Positions 9,753-19,325 of a stretch of 64,000 nucleotides of DNA are shown piece by piece (within the stretch, counting starts at the first letter, position 1; each line of letters starts with the position of its first letter). The position numbers and the translations under genes were made by a program. The notes beneath the pieces were generated by a model. The model was not told where the DNA came from and searched no databases. It was given only the letters and a program-made list of their open reading frames with translations. Source of the stretch: Alcanivorax sp. (GTDB lineage: Bacteria > Pseudomonadota > Gammaproteobacteria > Pseudomonadales > Alcanivoracaceae); contig NZ_JABURH010000100.1 of assembly GCF_014762765.1 (NCBI RefSeq), positions 454 through 64,453 on the forward strand. The letters run 5' to 3'.

Positions 9753-10847
9753 CTATACCATCAGGCTGCCGTGCAACACGGCGATGCCGCGCAGGTTGCG
9801 GTACCACATTTCCAGCGGGTAATCGCGCACAAAGCCGGCACCACCGAACAGCTGGATACCGTTGGTACCAATCTCCATGGCTTTTTCCATGCACTGCAGC
9901 TGGGCCAGATAGGCCTCCCTGTGGAAATCCAGTCCCTGCTCAGCGCGGCTGGCGGCACGCAACATCATCAGGCGCATGCCTTCAATCTCGATGCCCATAT
10001 TGGCCACCATAAAGGCCACGGACTGACGCCAGGCGATGGGCTCACCAAACGCTTTACGCTCTTTCACATAGGGAATGCTGTATTCCATCAGCGCCTGGCA
10101 GCAGCCCACCGCCAGGGCGCATTGGCCAATGCGACTCAGGTCCAGCATTCGATTCAGATCGAAGTTCGGCAACTTTTCCCGGGCCGGGACCAGAACGTTT
10201 TCCAGGGTCAGCGAGGCCATATTGGCACTGCGAAGCCCCATGTAGGGCTCGGGTTCAATGCTCAGGCCTTCCGCATCCGCGGGCACCACAAACGCCGCCA
10301 CGTCGCCATCAAGGGCAGCGGTCACCACGAACCACTGGCATTGAGCCGCCATGGGAACCAGACTTTTCACGCCATTCAGCGTATAACCATCCCCTGCTTT
10401 ATTGGCAGTGGTAGCCGGCGCACCAGGTTCGAAGGTGGCGCGGGGTTCGTTGAGCGCCACAGCCGCACCAGCAAAGTTTTCCGCTGCCAGGGCCGGCAGC
10501 CAACGCTCCTGTTGCTGCTCGTCACCAAAATCCATCAGCGCATTTACCGCCGCCATGGGCTGCAACGCAGCCAGAGTATGGGACATATCCCCCTGGGCCA
10601 GGTCTTCCACCGCCAACGCATTGGACAGTGGTGAACGGGGCATGCCAGCACCACCCAGCGCTTCCGGCATTGGCATCAACGCCAGCCCAAAACCACTAAT
10701 GGCATCCAGCAGCGCCGGGTCTGCAGCCACAGCGTCATCAGCGGCTCTGGCCTGGGACGACAGGGTATCGCGGGCAAGACGGCGCATGCTCTCGCGGGTA
10801 ATACGCTGCTCTTCCGTCAGCGTGAGATCAAACAGTGGGGTCGACAT
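9753..10847 (-). CDS. acyl-CoA dehydrogenase family protein lacking the catalytic Glu (probable partner subunit)
   Basis: ACAD fold motifs ALNEP, LNGVKSLV, RKAFGEPI and IQLFGGAGF. C-terminus reads IAVLHGSLMV. Confidence 0.85.
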   Translation of the reverse strand: MSTPLFDLTLTEEQRITRESMRRLARDTLSSQARAADDAVAADPALLDAISGFGLALMPMPEALGGAGMPRSPLSNALAVEDLAQGDMSHTLAALQPMAAVNALMDFGDEQQQERWLPALAAENFAGAAVALNEPRATFEPGAPATTANKAGDGYTLNGVKSLVPMAAQCQWFVVTAALDGDVAAFVVPADAEGLSIEPEPYMGLRSANMASLTLENVLVPAREKLPNFDLNRMLDLSRIGQCALAVGCCQALMEYSIPYVKERKAFGEPIAWRQSVAFMVANMGIEIEGMRLMMLRAASRAEQGLDFHREAYLAQLQCMEKAMEIGTNGIQLFGGAGFVRDYPLEMWYRNLRGIAVLHGSLMV

Positions 10848-10881
10848 GGTCGGGCCTCGGAACGTCGGGTTAACACAACCA

Positions 10882-10899
10882 ATCAAACGATTGTTTTAC
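10882..10899. promoter_or_regulatory. putative PsrA (TetR family) operator upstream of the ACAD pair
   Basis: ATCAAACGATTGTTTTAC resembles the known PsrA palindrome CAAAC-N4-GTTTG, upstream of fatty-acid degradation genes. Confidence 0.5.
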
Positions 10900-10956
10900 T
10901 CGAGACAGTCTGTCAGCCCTTGTCTACCTCTCACAATGACATCCCTGTGACCTACG

Positions 10957-12108
10957 ATGAGAAAAACGGTAAAGTCGAATAAAAAGCCATCAGGCAACCA
11001 ACAGGATCCTATCTTTTACGTGTTTACCCTGATCCCCGCTGAGCCGCCGGAGCGCGCCATCCGCCTCCGCCGCCAGATCATGGCCATTTACTCCTACTGC
11101 CTGCTATGGGCTGGCACCATTATCGGCGTTGAACTCAGCGCCTTTGCCCCGGATACACCACACTTGGCGATTTTCTCGGTGTTATTCGCTATCAATCTGG
11201 TGTTTTTCCTGCTGATCCGTAGCGGCCTCAGCGAACGGCTTGGTGATCCGAGCCTGACGATCCTGCAAATGGCCACGGGGATCATCCTGACCACCGTGAT
11301 TCTCCACTACACTCGCGAGTTACGCGGTGCCATGTTGAGTATCTACTTCATGGTGATGACCTTCGGCATTTTTGCCCTGGATCGCCGCAGGCAAATGGCC
11401 ATGGCCGGGTTTACCCTTTTCTGCTTTACCGCTCTGCAGGTTTATGAATGGCAGGAGACGCCTCAACAAGCGATCTTTTCGTTTCTGATCGGGCATTGGA
11501 TCATCCTCGCCCTTATCCTCTGTTGGTTCATTTATATGGGTGGTTATATCCACAACCTGCAAAACAGGGTCCGGGATCAACGGGAAAATTTGCGTGATGC
11601 TCATTCACGTCTGGAGGCTATTGCCGTACGTGATGATCTCACCGGGCTGTATAATCGCCGCCATTTTCTGGAGCGGCTGGAAGAAGAACTCTCCCTCGCC
11701 AATCGCAATCACACGCCTCTGTACTTGGCAATTATCGACCTGGACCACTTCAAGCAGGTCAACGATAACTACGGCCATCACAGCGGTGATGAGGTCCTAA
11801 GCCGGTTTGCCCGTATCGCCAGCCAGAGCCTGCGCAAGTCGGACCTGCTGGCCCGCTATGGTGGCGAAGAATTCGTAGTGCTGTTTCCTCATGCCTCCGA
11901 GGTTGCCAGCGAGGCCGCTCTTGAGCGCTTGCGCAGCCAGTTCTCAGACCAAAACTACGAGTTTGCGCCAGAACTGCATACCACCTTCTCTGCAGGGCTT
12001 ACCGCTTTTCAGGAAGGAGAAACCGCTGACCAATTAACCAAACGGGCGGATGCCGCCTTGTATGAAGCCAAATCCCGGGGACGAGACCGGATAGCAAAAC
12101 TGCCCTGA
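10957..12108 (+). CDS. membrane-anchored diguanylate cyclase
   Basis: Several N-terminal hydrophobic segments, DDLTGLYNRR, RxxD I-site (RKSD) and an intact GGEEF. Confidence 0.92.
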   Translation: MRKTVKSNKKPSGNQQDPIFYVFTLIPAEPPERAIRLRRQIMAIYSYCLLWAGTIIGVELSAFAPDTPHLAIFSVLFAINLVFFLLIRSGLSERLGDPSLTILQMATGIILTTVILHYTRELRGAMLSIYFMVMTFGIFALDRRRQMAMAGFTLFCFTALQVYEWQETPQQAIFSFLIGHWIILALILCWFIYMGGYIHNLQNRVRDQRENLRDAHSRLEAIAVRDDLTGLYNRRHFLERLEEELSLANRNHTPLYLAIIDLDHFKQVNDNYGHHSGDEVLSRFARIASQSLRKSDLLARYGGEEFVVLFPHASEVASEAALERLRSQFSDQNYEFAPELHTTFSAGLTAFQEGETADQLTKRADAALYEAKSRGRDRIAKLP

Positions 12109-12177
12109 GCCATAATGCCGGGAATGCCTGGAGCCACTGAACAACTCCCGGTATGCTTGCCGCCAGCGGAGGACTCC

Positions 12178-12732
12178 ATGTCAGATATCACCAACCCCAG
12201 CCTGAAAAATACTGTTCGACAATACTTCCAGGAGCAAGGCGAAGACGCCCCTACCTGGACGGAAATCCATGGCATGCTCTGTGCCCTGGCCGTGGGGCCA
12301 GAGGTGGAGTCAGTGGATTATGCTGCGGAGCTGGAGATGCCGGTTCCCGGGGAAGTCAGCGATGCCCTCAACCGGCTGCGCGAGCGGCTGGTCACCCAGT
12401 TGCTCGGTGGCGACGCCATCAACCTGCCCTGCCTGCTGGACCCATACCAGGAAGAGGACGGCCAGGATCTGGCAAGCTGGTGTGCCGGCTTCATGACCGG
12501 GGTTTTCGTCGATGAGGAAAACTGGTATCAGGATGATGAAGAACAAATGGCGCAACTGCTGCTGCCCTTCATTCTGATCTCCGGCCTGGACGATGACGAA
12601 GCCCTGGACACGCTGTGGGAAAACACCCAGGTGGTGCGGCAAATGGCCCTGAGCATTCCAGAAATACTGGAAGAGCTGTACCTGGCATTTCATGGCCCGG
12701 ATCAGGGTGACGCCTCCACCCCGGCGGATTAG
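12178..12732 (+). CDS. UPF0149/YecA family protein
   Basis: EIHGMLCALAVGP and WCAGFMTGV. SD GAGGA before ATG 12178. Confidence 0.75.
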   Translation: MSDITNPSLKNTVRQYFQEQGEDAPTWTEIHGMLCALAVGPEVESVDYAAELEMPVPGEVSDALNRLRERLVTQLLGGDAINLPCLLDPYQEEDGQDLASWCAGFMTGVFVDEENWYQDDEEQMAQLLLPFILISGLDDDEALDTLWENTQVVRQMALSIPEILEELYLAFHGPDQGDASTPAD

Positions 12733-12760
12733 CCTGGCTTCAGGCACAAACCGGTGCGGG

Positions 12761-13327
12761 TCAGTCCTCCTGCAAAGACAGATGACTGATATCCGGTGAC
12801 ACCGGCGTTTTTTCCTCTTTTTTCTGCCCCAGCACTTCCCCGGCCTGGGCCATGCTCAAATGACTGACATCCGGCGCCGGCGGGGGGGCGATCTTATCGC
12901 TGTTATCCATATCCGCCCCCACTTCTGCCACAGAGAACGCCCCGGAAAAACCGGTGCCCCCGGTGCGGATGGTGCCCACCGTTTCCAGATCTCCTGACGT
13001 CTGCTCTGACTGCTGCTGACTTTCAGGGTCCGGAGAAGCCGTACTGGGCTCCGGTGCCGGAGCTGACGGTGTCGATGGCGGCTGAACAGGATCTGCTACC
13101 GGCCGCAATTCGCACTCGGCACCGGCCTGTTTCAACACCGCGCGAAATTTCATGGCGGTGGCCTGGTCCGCATCCTTCTTCAGCACCACCGGTTGCCCGG
13201 AGAACAGTTTCTCCACCCGGGCCGCATCCATTTTGAAAATTTTTCCCAAATTGGCCTTCACCGTAACCGGGTCCGACCCTTTCACCAGCTGACCGGCAAA
13301 GACAATATGAAAACGGGCATCGGCCAT
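12761..13327 (-). CDS. conserved hypothetical protein
   Basis: N-terminal domain FHIVFAG...VKANLGKIFK...VEKLFSG followed by a Pro/Ser-rich linker. Confidence 0.65.
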   Translation of the reverse strand: MADARFHIVFAGQLVKGSDPVTVKANLGKIFKMDAARVEKLFSGQPVVLKKDADQATAMKFRAVLKQAGAECELRPVADPVQPPSTPSAPAPEPSTASPDPESQQQSEQTSGDLETVGTIRTGGTGFSGAFSVAEVGADMDNSDKIAPPPAPDVSHLSMAQAGEVLGQKKEEKTPVSPDISHLSLQED

Positions 13328-13444
13328 TGTGAATTCCTCTCTCATTCTCGTTCACTACCAATGTAGCGCACTCGACCATGGGCAGCACGGTTGCTCAAAG
13401 CCTGTTGACCTGTGTTGCGTGACGCATGCAGCTTGAAGCAGCCA

Positions 13445-15010
13445 TCACGCCATTTCACTGGCGGCGTATTCAGCCAGCGCAGCAATGGTGCGCGACGGAT
13501 TCAGGCCCAATGCACGGGGCACCATGGCACCATCAATCACAAACAGATTGGGATAGTTGAACACCTCTCCCCGGTGGTCTACCACGCCCTGCTCCACAGA
13601 ATCCGCCATATTGCAGCCGCCCAGTGGGTGCGGGGTTACCAGGTCCTTGAACCAGTCCCAGGTCGCCGGCGTCATCGGATCGCCGCCCGTGGCAGCGGTC
13701 AGCGCCAGATGACGGTCTGCCAGCCCCTGGACCGCCTTTTCTGCCTTGCGATAGTCCCAATCCAGTTTCAAGCGGTCTTTCTTCCAGGGCCAGTACCAGC
13801 GGCGGCCCAGGTAGAAACGGCCGCCGGGATCGTCCATGGCCTGCCCGAACCAGGGCATCATCTTGGCAAAGGGGTCACTACTCTCTCCGTACTTGAGCAT
13901 GGCGTCACCCAGCCGGGTGCTGGCAAAACGTGGATCCTTGCCCAGTCGCTCCATCCAGCTGCCGAGAATATCCGGCACGCCCCCATCTTCCACAAAATAA
14001 CGGGCTCCACCATCTGCCCCATCCAGGTAATCAATGGCGCTGGTAATGGTCGGCCCACGAGTGGGGGAAATCTGGCGTTCGTCATAAAACGCCATGGTGG
14101 CAAAGTCACCATTGCAGGACCAATTATGGCCAAGCTTGCGGCTAAGTTTTGGCAGAGTTTTGTACTGATCCCGGCAGCGCAACAGCAATTCCGTGGAACC
14201 CATTGAGCCGGCAGCCACGATCACTTTTTCTGCCTTGAAGCGGCGCCAGCAGTGGCCGTCCAGGTCCCGGGCCAAAACTTCATAGCCGCCATCCACGGCA
14301 CGAATGGTCCGCACATGATGGAGGGGGCGAACATCCGCACCGGCATTTTCCGCCGCCGCCAGGTAATTCAGATCCAGGGTGTTCTTGGCCTGCACCGGGC
14401 AGCCCAGATCGCAGTTACCACAATGTACGCAGGTGCCCTGGGTTTTGCCTTGCGGATTCACCCAGGTCTTGCTGTGGCCATAGGAGTAAGGATCATCCCG
14501 TTGCGTGTTCCAGTCAGGGTCAAAGGTGATCGCTTGAGGCACAACATGAAACCGGTCACCGGCGCCGACGGCGTCGGCTCCCTCCTTCATCAGATGGGTT
14601 CGCGGCGTCCATTGATTTCCCGGCAGCTCCTGCACGTTGAGCATGACCCCAGTGGTATCATAATGGGGCTTGAGCGTGGTGTAGTCGATCGCCTCTGGCC
14701 ACCCTTGGGCAAAGGCCTCCGGCTTGGCCTCGATACTGACATTCGCGTAGATCAGCGAGCCGCCGCCCACCCCGGCCCCCATAGCAATACTCATGTCGCC
14801 AAAGTAGCGGAAATCGATCCAACCGTTCTGTTTTTCCGGTTCGTCTTCATCCCAGAACCAGTCGCGCTGAGATACCGAAGGGTAATCATCCGGCAACCAA
14901 CGCCGCCCCCTTTCCAGCACCACCACCCGGCTTCCCTTCTCCGCCATCCGGCAGGCCATCACCGAGCCGCCGAAGCCGCTGCCGATGATCAGGACATCCA
15001 CATTTTCCAT
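13445..15010 (-). CDS. GMC family oxidoreductase (cholesterol oxidase-like)
   Basis: IIGSGFGG FAD motif, GVGGGSLIYANV, CVHCGNCDLGC and HPLGGC. No signal peptide. Confidence 0.85.
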   Translation of the reverse strand: MENVDVLIIGSGFGGSVMACRMAEKGSRVVVLERGRRWLPDDYPSVSQRDWFWDEDEPEKQNGWIDFRYFGDMSIAMGAGVGGGSLIYANVSIEAKPEAFAQGWPEAIDYTTLKPHYDTTGVMLNVQELPGNQWTPRTHLMKEGADAVGAGDRFHVVPQAITFDPDWNTQRDDPYSYGHSKTWVNPQGKTQGTCVHCGNCDLGCPVQAKNTLDLNYLAAAENAGADVRPLHHVRTIRAVDGGYEVLARDLDGHCWRRFKAEKVIVAAGSMGSTELLLRCRDQYKTLPKLSRKLGHNWSCNGDFATMAFYDERQISPTRGPTITSAIDYLDGADGGARYFVEDGGVPDILGSWMERLGKDPRFASTRLGDAMLKYGESSDPFAKMMPWFGQAMDDPGGRFYLGRRWYWPWKKDRLKLDWDYRKAEKAVQGLADRHLALTAATGGDPMTPATWDWFKDLVTPHPLGGCNMADSVEQGVVDHRGEVFNYPNLFVIDGAMVPRALGLNPSRTIAALAEYAASEMA

Positions 15011-15161
15011 TATCTCCCCCAACCCCTGTTTTTATCGTCACCCTTGCGACAACGCTTTTTTAATCAAGGTTTTGCACTATAAAATTAACTGTCAATCCTG
15101 TCTATTTGCAGCACTTTCCAGTAATCTGGCGACTGTCTTCGCCGGCCTCATTGCAGCACCC

Positions 15162-15419
15162 ATGGAACAGATCGATTTCGTTACTATTGAAGAGCAGCAA
15201 CGCCCTCGCAAGCGCAATGGCGCCGCGCGTAAACCTGTTCCGAAGAAAGCCGCGAAGCCGCAGCGCCCGGGAGCCGTTCGCGACGGCTACCGCCGCCTCA
15301 CAGCCGATATCCCCGCCGATCTGCACAAACGCCTGAAAATGCAGGCTCTGATGGAGGACCGCTCCGTCACTGAACTGATCGTGCAAGCCGCAGAGTGTTT
15401 TCTGCGCAATCGGGACTAG
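15162..15419 (+). CDS. small ribbon-helix-helix (CopG/ParG-like) DNA-binding protein
   Basis: 85 aa. Basic flexible N-terminus, then RRLTADIPADLHKRLKMQALMEDRSVTELIVQA. Confidence 0.65.
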   Translation: MEQIDFVTIEEQQRPRKRNGAARKPVPKKAAKPQRPGAVRDGYRRLTADIPADLHKRLKMQALMEDRSVTELIVQAAECFLRNRD

Positions 15420-15546
15420 TAAAAGCAAGCAGCATACCTGCCAGGTTAGCCCCCTCTTCTTTCACACAATCGTAACCCCCCTGTCATTCCTCCGCACCGA
15501 TCCATAACCATCCTGACAATTGACGCCACCGTTGAGGAGCTAGCAG

Positions 15547-16656
15547 ATGGCTGCGGATCTGTTTTTGTTAGGGTGCACCCTGGTCTTCGGGGTGAGCTTT
15601 CGCTTTCTCTTCCATCACCTGCCGCAAGAACGCTGGCAATTCGTCGCCTCGTTACCCCTGAAGAAAAACAGCGATGGCTCCTGGCAAGGCCTGAACCTGA
15701 CTTTCTATGGGTTATTTACCGGCATTGCAGGCGGGCTCGGGGTTGCCGCCTTCATTCTGCTCACCGCCTCCGCTGGCGTAGCCCTTGGTACTGCCCTGCT
15801 GCTAACGCTGGGAGTGCTGACCATTTGCCTGCCTGCGGCCAAGATAATTGCCACTGTGGTGGAAAAAAACCGCCATGGTTTTACCGTGGGCGGCGCCAGC
15901 TTTGTGGGCATTATCATCGCCCCGCTTTTTCTCTGGCTGGCTGACCTGGCCAGCCAGAGCTGGTGGGACACGGCCCTGCCGATTCTGCCCATGCTGGCGG
16001 CCATGTCCATTGCCTATGTGCTGGGTGAAGGCATCGGCCGGCTGGCGTGTATCAGCTTCGGCTGCTGTTACGGCAAGGCACTAAATCGCTCACCACGGTG
16101 GGCCCAGCGCCTGTTCTGTACCCTTAATCATGTGTTTATCGGCAAGACCAAGAAGATTGCCTTTGCCGGGGAAATGGAGGCGGTAAAGGTGATCCCCATC
16201 CAGGCAGTCACCTGCGTCATTTATACCGCCCTGGCCCTGCTCTGCAGCGCCCTGTTTTTCCATCGGCAATTTGCCCTGGCCTTTGCCCTGAGCCTGGTGG
16301 GCAGCCAGTTGTGGCGGGTGTATTCCGAGACACTGCGGGCAGATTATCGGGGCGGCAGCAAGCTGTTCTCCGTCTACCAACTGATGGCACTACTGGCCGC
16401 GCTCTATGGCGTTGCCATCAGCCTGGCGTTACCTGCCCATGCCGCCCTTGCCCCGGATCTGGCTGCCGGGCTGGGCGCCCTGTGGTCACCGGGCGTCATC
16501 CTCAGCCTGCAGGTCATCACCCTGGTCATGTTCTTCTTCTCCGGCACCAGCACCATCACCACCGGCGAACTCCGCTTCGGCCTGGCCGCAGACTGGCGCA
16601 GCCAGGCGGGGTGTGAAAAGGAAGGGTGCAAGGGAGAAGGCAAAGCTGTGGCATAA
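15547..16656 (+). CDS. prolipoprotein diacylglyceryl transferase (Lgt)-like membrane protein
   Basis: Multi-TM, with GFTVGGA, GIGRLACISFGCCYG and RVYSETLRAD. SD GAGGAG. Confidence 0.65.
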   Translation: MAADLFLLGCTLVFGVSFRFLFHHLPQERWQFVASLPLKKNSDGSWQGLNLTFYGLFTGIAGGLGVAAFILLTASAGVALGTALLLTLGVLTICLPAAKIIATVVEKNRHGFTVGGASFVGIIIAPLFLWLADLASQSWWDTALPILPMLAAMSIAYVLGEGIGRLACISFGCCYGKALNRSPRWAQRLFCTLNHVFIGKTKKIAFAGEMEAVKVIPIQAVTCVIYTALALLCSALFFHRQFALAFALSLVGSQLWRVYSETLRADYRGGSKLFSVYQLMALLAALYGVAISLALPAHAALAPDLAAGLGALWSPGVILSLQVITLVMFFFSGTSTITTGELRFGLAADWRSQAGCEKEGCKGEGKAVA

Positions 16657-16664
16657 AACCCATA

Positions 16665-16738
16665 TTTCACCACAGAGGGCACAGAGGACACGGAGAAAAA
16701 CGCTTTCCTCAGTGAACTCTGTGCCCTCTGTGGTGAAA
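16665..16738. repeat. CACAGAG 9-nt-period palindromic element, copy B
   Basis: TTTCACCACAGAGGGCACAGAGGACACGGAG...CTCAGTGAACTCTGTGCCCTCTGTGGTGAAA, between convergent genes. Confidence 0.9.
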
Positions 16739-16767
16739 CAGGTCTTTTGCACAAGCCCGGCAAAGCA

Positions 16768-17817
16768 TCACCCCAACGCCACCGCCTTCACCTGTGCGTA
16801 GAGCTGGGCACCTGGAAATACTTCCAGCTCCCGGGCGGAGCGGCTGGAGATGCGGGCCAGCAGGCGTTGATCGCCCAGGGCCAGCTGCACCATGGCCTGG
16901 CCCGGGCCGACTTCGCGCAGGCCGACCACCTGCACCGGATGGATATTGAGGATGCTGGAATCCTGCGGCGTCTGGCGACACAGACTCACATCCCGGGCGG
17001 CAATACGGAGGCGCACCGGTTCATCGCCCGCCACCGGCTGTGCCGCCGGCAGCCAGAAGGTCTGCTGCGCAACGGTCACCGCCTGCAAATGATCCTGGCT
17101 GTCGTAATCCCCCAGCTCGCCGTACAGCAAGGCGGTGGCATCGCCCCGCTGGGCCAGCGGACCATCCAGCCGGGACAGCTCCTCATGGGCCTTGCCACTG
17201 GCCACGATACGGCCCTGCTCCATCAGCCAGACCTGCCGCGACAGGGTCAGTAACTCATCCAGATCATGAGTGACGTAGATCACCGGCACCCGCCTGGCAA
17301 TCTCACTGACCATGCCCAGCAGTTCCTGCTTGTGACCGTGATCCAGGCCTGACAGGGGTTCATCCAGTAACAGCAGTTCCGGCCCAGCCAGTAGCGCTCG
17401 AGCCAGTGCCACCCGTTGAGCCTCGCCACCGGACAGTGTCGCCACTGAGCGATCCAGCAAAGCTTCGATTCGCGTTTGGTTGACCACCCTGTTCAGGTCC
17501 CCTGCCTTTCCCCGGCGCTTCATCACGTAGGTCAGATTGCCGCGTACACTCAAATGGCGGAACAGGGTCGGCTCCTGAAACATCATGCCCAGGGGGCGCT
17601 CCCAGGGCGGCAGCTTGACCTCATCGGTTTGCCATAACTGCTCACCGAAGCGAACCTCGCCATCGCAATCCTGAAGGCCCGCGAGCATACGCAGCAGCGT
17701 GCTTTTACCGGAACCGGAAGGGCCGAACAGCACTGTCACTCCCGTGGCCGCGAGCTGTGCCTGCACCTGCAGGCGGCACTGCCCCACCTGTCCGGACAGG
17801 GAGAATGCCAGGCTCAT
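16768..17817 (-). CDS. modC: molybdate ABC transporter ATP-binding subunit
   Basis: [22 protein letters not shown] and a C-terminal Mop/TOBE domain ([11 protein letters not shown]). Confidence 0.93.
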   Translation of the reverse strand: MSLAFSLSGQVGQCRLQVQAQLAATGVTVLFGPSGSGKSTLLRMLAGLQDCDGEVRFGEQLWQTDEVKLPPWERPLGMMFQEPTLFRHLSVRGNLTYVMKRRGKAGDLNRVVNQTRIEALLDRSVATLSGGEAQRVALARALLAGPELLLLDEPLSGLDHGHKQELLGMVSEIARRVPVIYVTHDLDELLTLSRQVWLMEQGRIVASGKAHEELSRLDGPLAQRGDATALLYGELGDYDSQDHLQAVTVAQQTFWLPAAQPVAGDEPVRLRIAARDVSLCRQTPQDSSILNIHPVQVVGLREVGPGQAMVQLALGDQRLLARISSRSARELEVFPGAQLYAQVKAVALG

Positions 17818-18497
17818 GGCAGCACCCCCGCGGTCTGTTTGCGCTGCCAGCGAAACAGGGCCCACAGCATCAGCACCGAGGCCACCAGCAACACGGCGGC
17901 CAGCCGGTGGGCATTGGCGTAATCCCCCGCCTCCACATGCTCATAAAGCGCCACAGAGGCCACCCGGGTTTCACCGGCCAGGCTGCCGCCGATCATCAGC
18001 ACCACACCGAATTCTCCCAGGGTATGGGCAATACCAAGAATGGCCGCAGTGGCATAACCCTGGCGGGCCTGTGGAATCACCAACGAAAAGAAGCGGTCCA
18101 TGGGTCGTGCACCGGACACCGCTGCCATATCCAGCTGGCGGGGCTCAATGGCTGCGAAGGCATTCTTGAGGGGTTGCAGGACGAACGGCAGCGAATAGAC
18201 CAGCGAGCCAATCACCAGACCGGTAAAGCTGAACGCCAGGGAGCGTGCATCCTCCCATTGCGCGAACCAGCCGCCCGGACCATTCGGGCCCAGCACGATC
18301 AGCAGATAAAAACCCAGTACCGATGGCGGCAGTACCAGCGGGAGCGCCAGCAAGGCTTCCAGCAGCGCCTGTCCGGGCAAGCGGCGTCGGGCCAGCCACC
18401 AGGCCAGCGGCGTACATAGCATCAGCAGGATGACGGTGGTGACCAGCGCAAGTTTGATGCTGACCCACAGGGCCAGCCAGTCGCCATCATTCAACAT
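17814..18497 (-). CDS. modB: molybdate ABC transporter permease
   Basis: [15 protein letters not shown] and [15 protein letters not shown]. Confidence 0.95.
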   Translation of the reverse strand: MLNDGDWLALWVSIKLALVTTVILLMLCTPLAWWLARRRLPGQALLEALLALPLVLPPSVLGFYLLIVLGPNGPGGWFAQWEDARSLAFSFTGLVIGSLVYSLPFVLQPLKNAFAAIEPRQLDMAAVSGARPMDRFFSLVIPQARQGYATAAILGIAHTLGEFGVVLMIGGSLAGETRVASVALYEHVEAGDYANAHRLAAVLLVASVLMLWALFRWQRKQTAGVLP

Positions 18498-19224
18498 TAT
18501 CGGCGACCTCATCGGTACGGTAACCCAGCTTGCGAATCATTCCCTGGGCCTCGGCAGAAAACAGAAAATCATAGAAATGGTGTATTGAGGGAGAATCTGT
18601 CAGCAAACCTGCCTGCTGAAGAATGGGCGGATAATACGCATCGGGGATACGCCATTGTCGCCCCCCCTGGCCTCGTATCTGACTCAGTGCCACAAAGGCG
18701 GCCTCGGCGGCGCCGCTGTGGGCAAAATGATAGCTCTGCCCTACGTTCTCCGCCTTTACCAGAACCACCGAATCCGGCAGCGGAAATCGTTCCATAACTG
18801 CCTGAGCGGCCTCCCCATAGGGCGCGGTACGCGGGTTAGCCATAGCTACTGGTGTGACCATACCGGCTATCAGCGATTGGCCATCGAGTACTTCGCCGGC
18901 GCCCGGAGACCACAGCACCAGCCTGCCAATGGCATAGGTGCGCACAGTGCCCGCCAGAATCAGCCCTTCCGACGCCAGCTCTTGCGGCCGTCGAGCATCT
19001 GCGGCAAGGAAAATATCGTAGGGCGCCCCCTGTCTAATCTGCGCCGCCAGTTTTCCGCTGGAACCCACGGTGATCTGAATATCCGCCTGGGGATTGTGCT
19101 GGCGATACTGCGTGACCAATTGTTTCAGCGGAGAGAAAAAATTGGCAGCGACAGCAACCTGCACGGGCTCAGCAGCCGCGATGGCGGCAACCACCAACAG
19201 CAGGCTGGCAAACAAACACTTCAT
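18487..19224 (-). CDS. modA: molybdate ABC transporter substrate-binding protein
   Basis: Signal peptide, VAVAANF, GSSGKL and ANPRTAPYGEAA. Confidence 0.95.
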   Translation of the reverse strand: MKCLFASLLLVVAAIAAAEPVQVAVAANFFSPLKQLVTQYRQHNPQADIQITVGSSGKLAAQIRQGAPYDIFLAADARRPQELASEGLILAGTVRTYAIGRLVLWSPGAGEVLDGQSLIAGMVTPVAMANPRTAPYGEAAQAVMERFPLPDSVVLVKAENVGQSYHFAHSGAAEAAFVALSQIRGQGGRQWRIPDAYYPPILQQAGLLTDSPSIHHFYDFLFSAEAQGMIRKLGYRTDEVADNVE

Positions 19225-19325
19225 GGAGGCTCCACGACGATGACCTGGCAGGGCCCAGTCTATGTCATCACGCCGGGCGGCACTATTGGTGATCCGTACC
19301 GGAAACTGGTCTCCTACAACAGAAG

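Noticed and set aside
8985-10634. 549-aa plus-strand ORF, and similar ORFs at 4045-5097, 29149-30684 and 49616-51040
   Set aside because: Antisense shadows of well-supported genes.
16404-16801. ORFs containing TTEGTEFTE / PQRAQRTRR / LCALCG peptides (also 2175-2408 and 35480-35527)
   Set aside because: These are read-throughs of the CACAGAG repeat, not independent genes.
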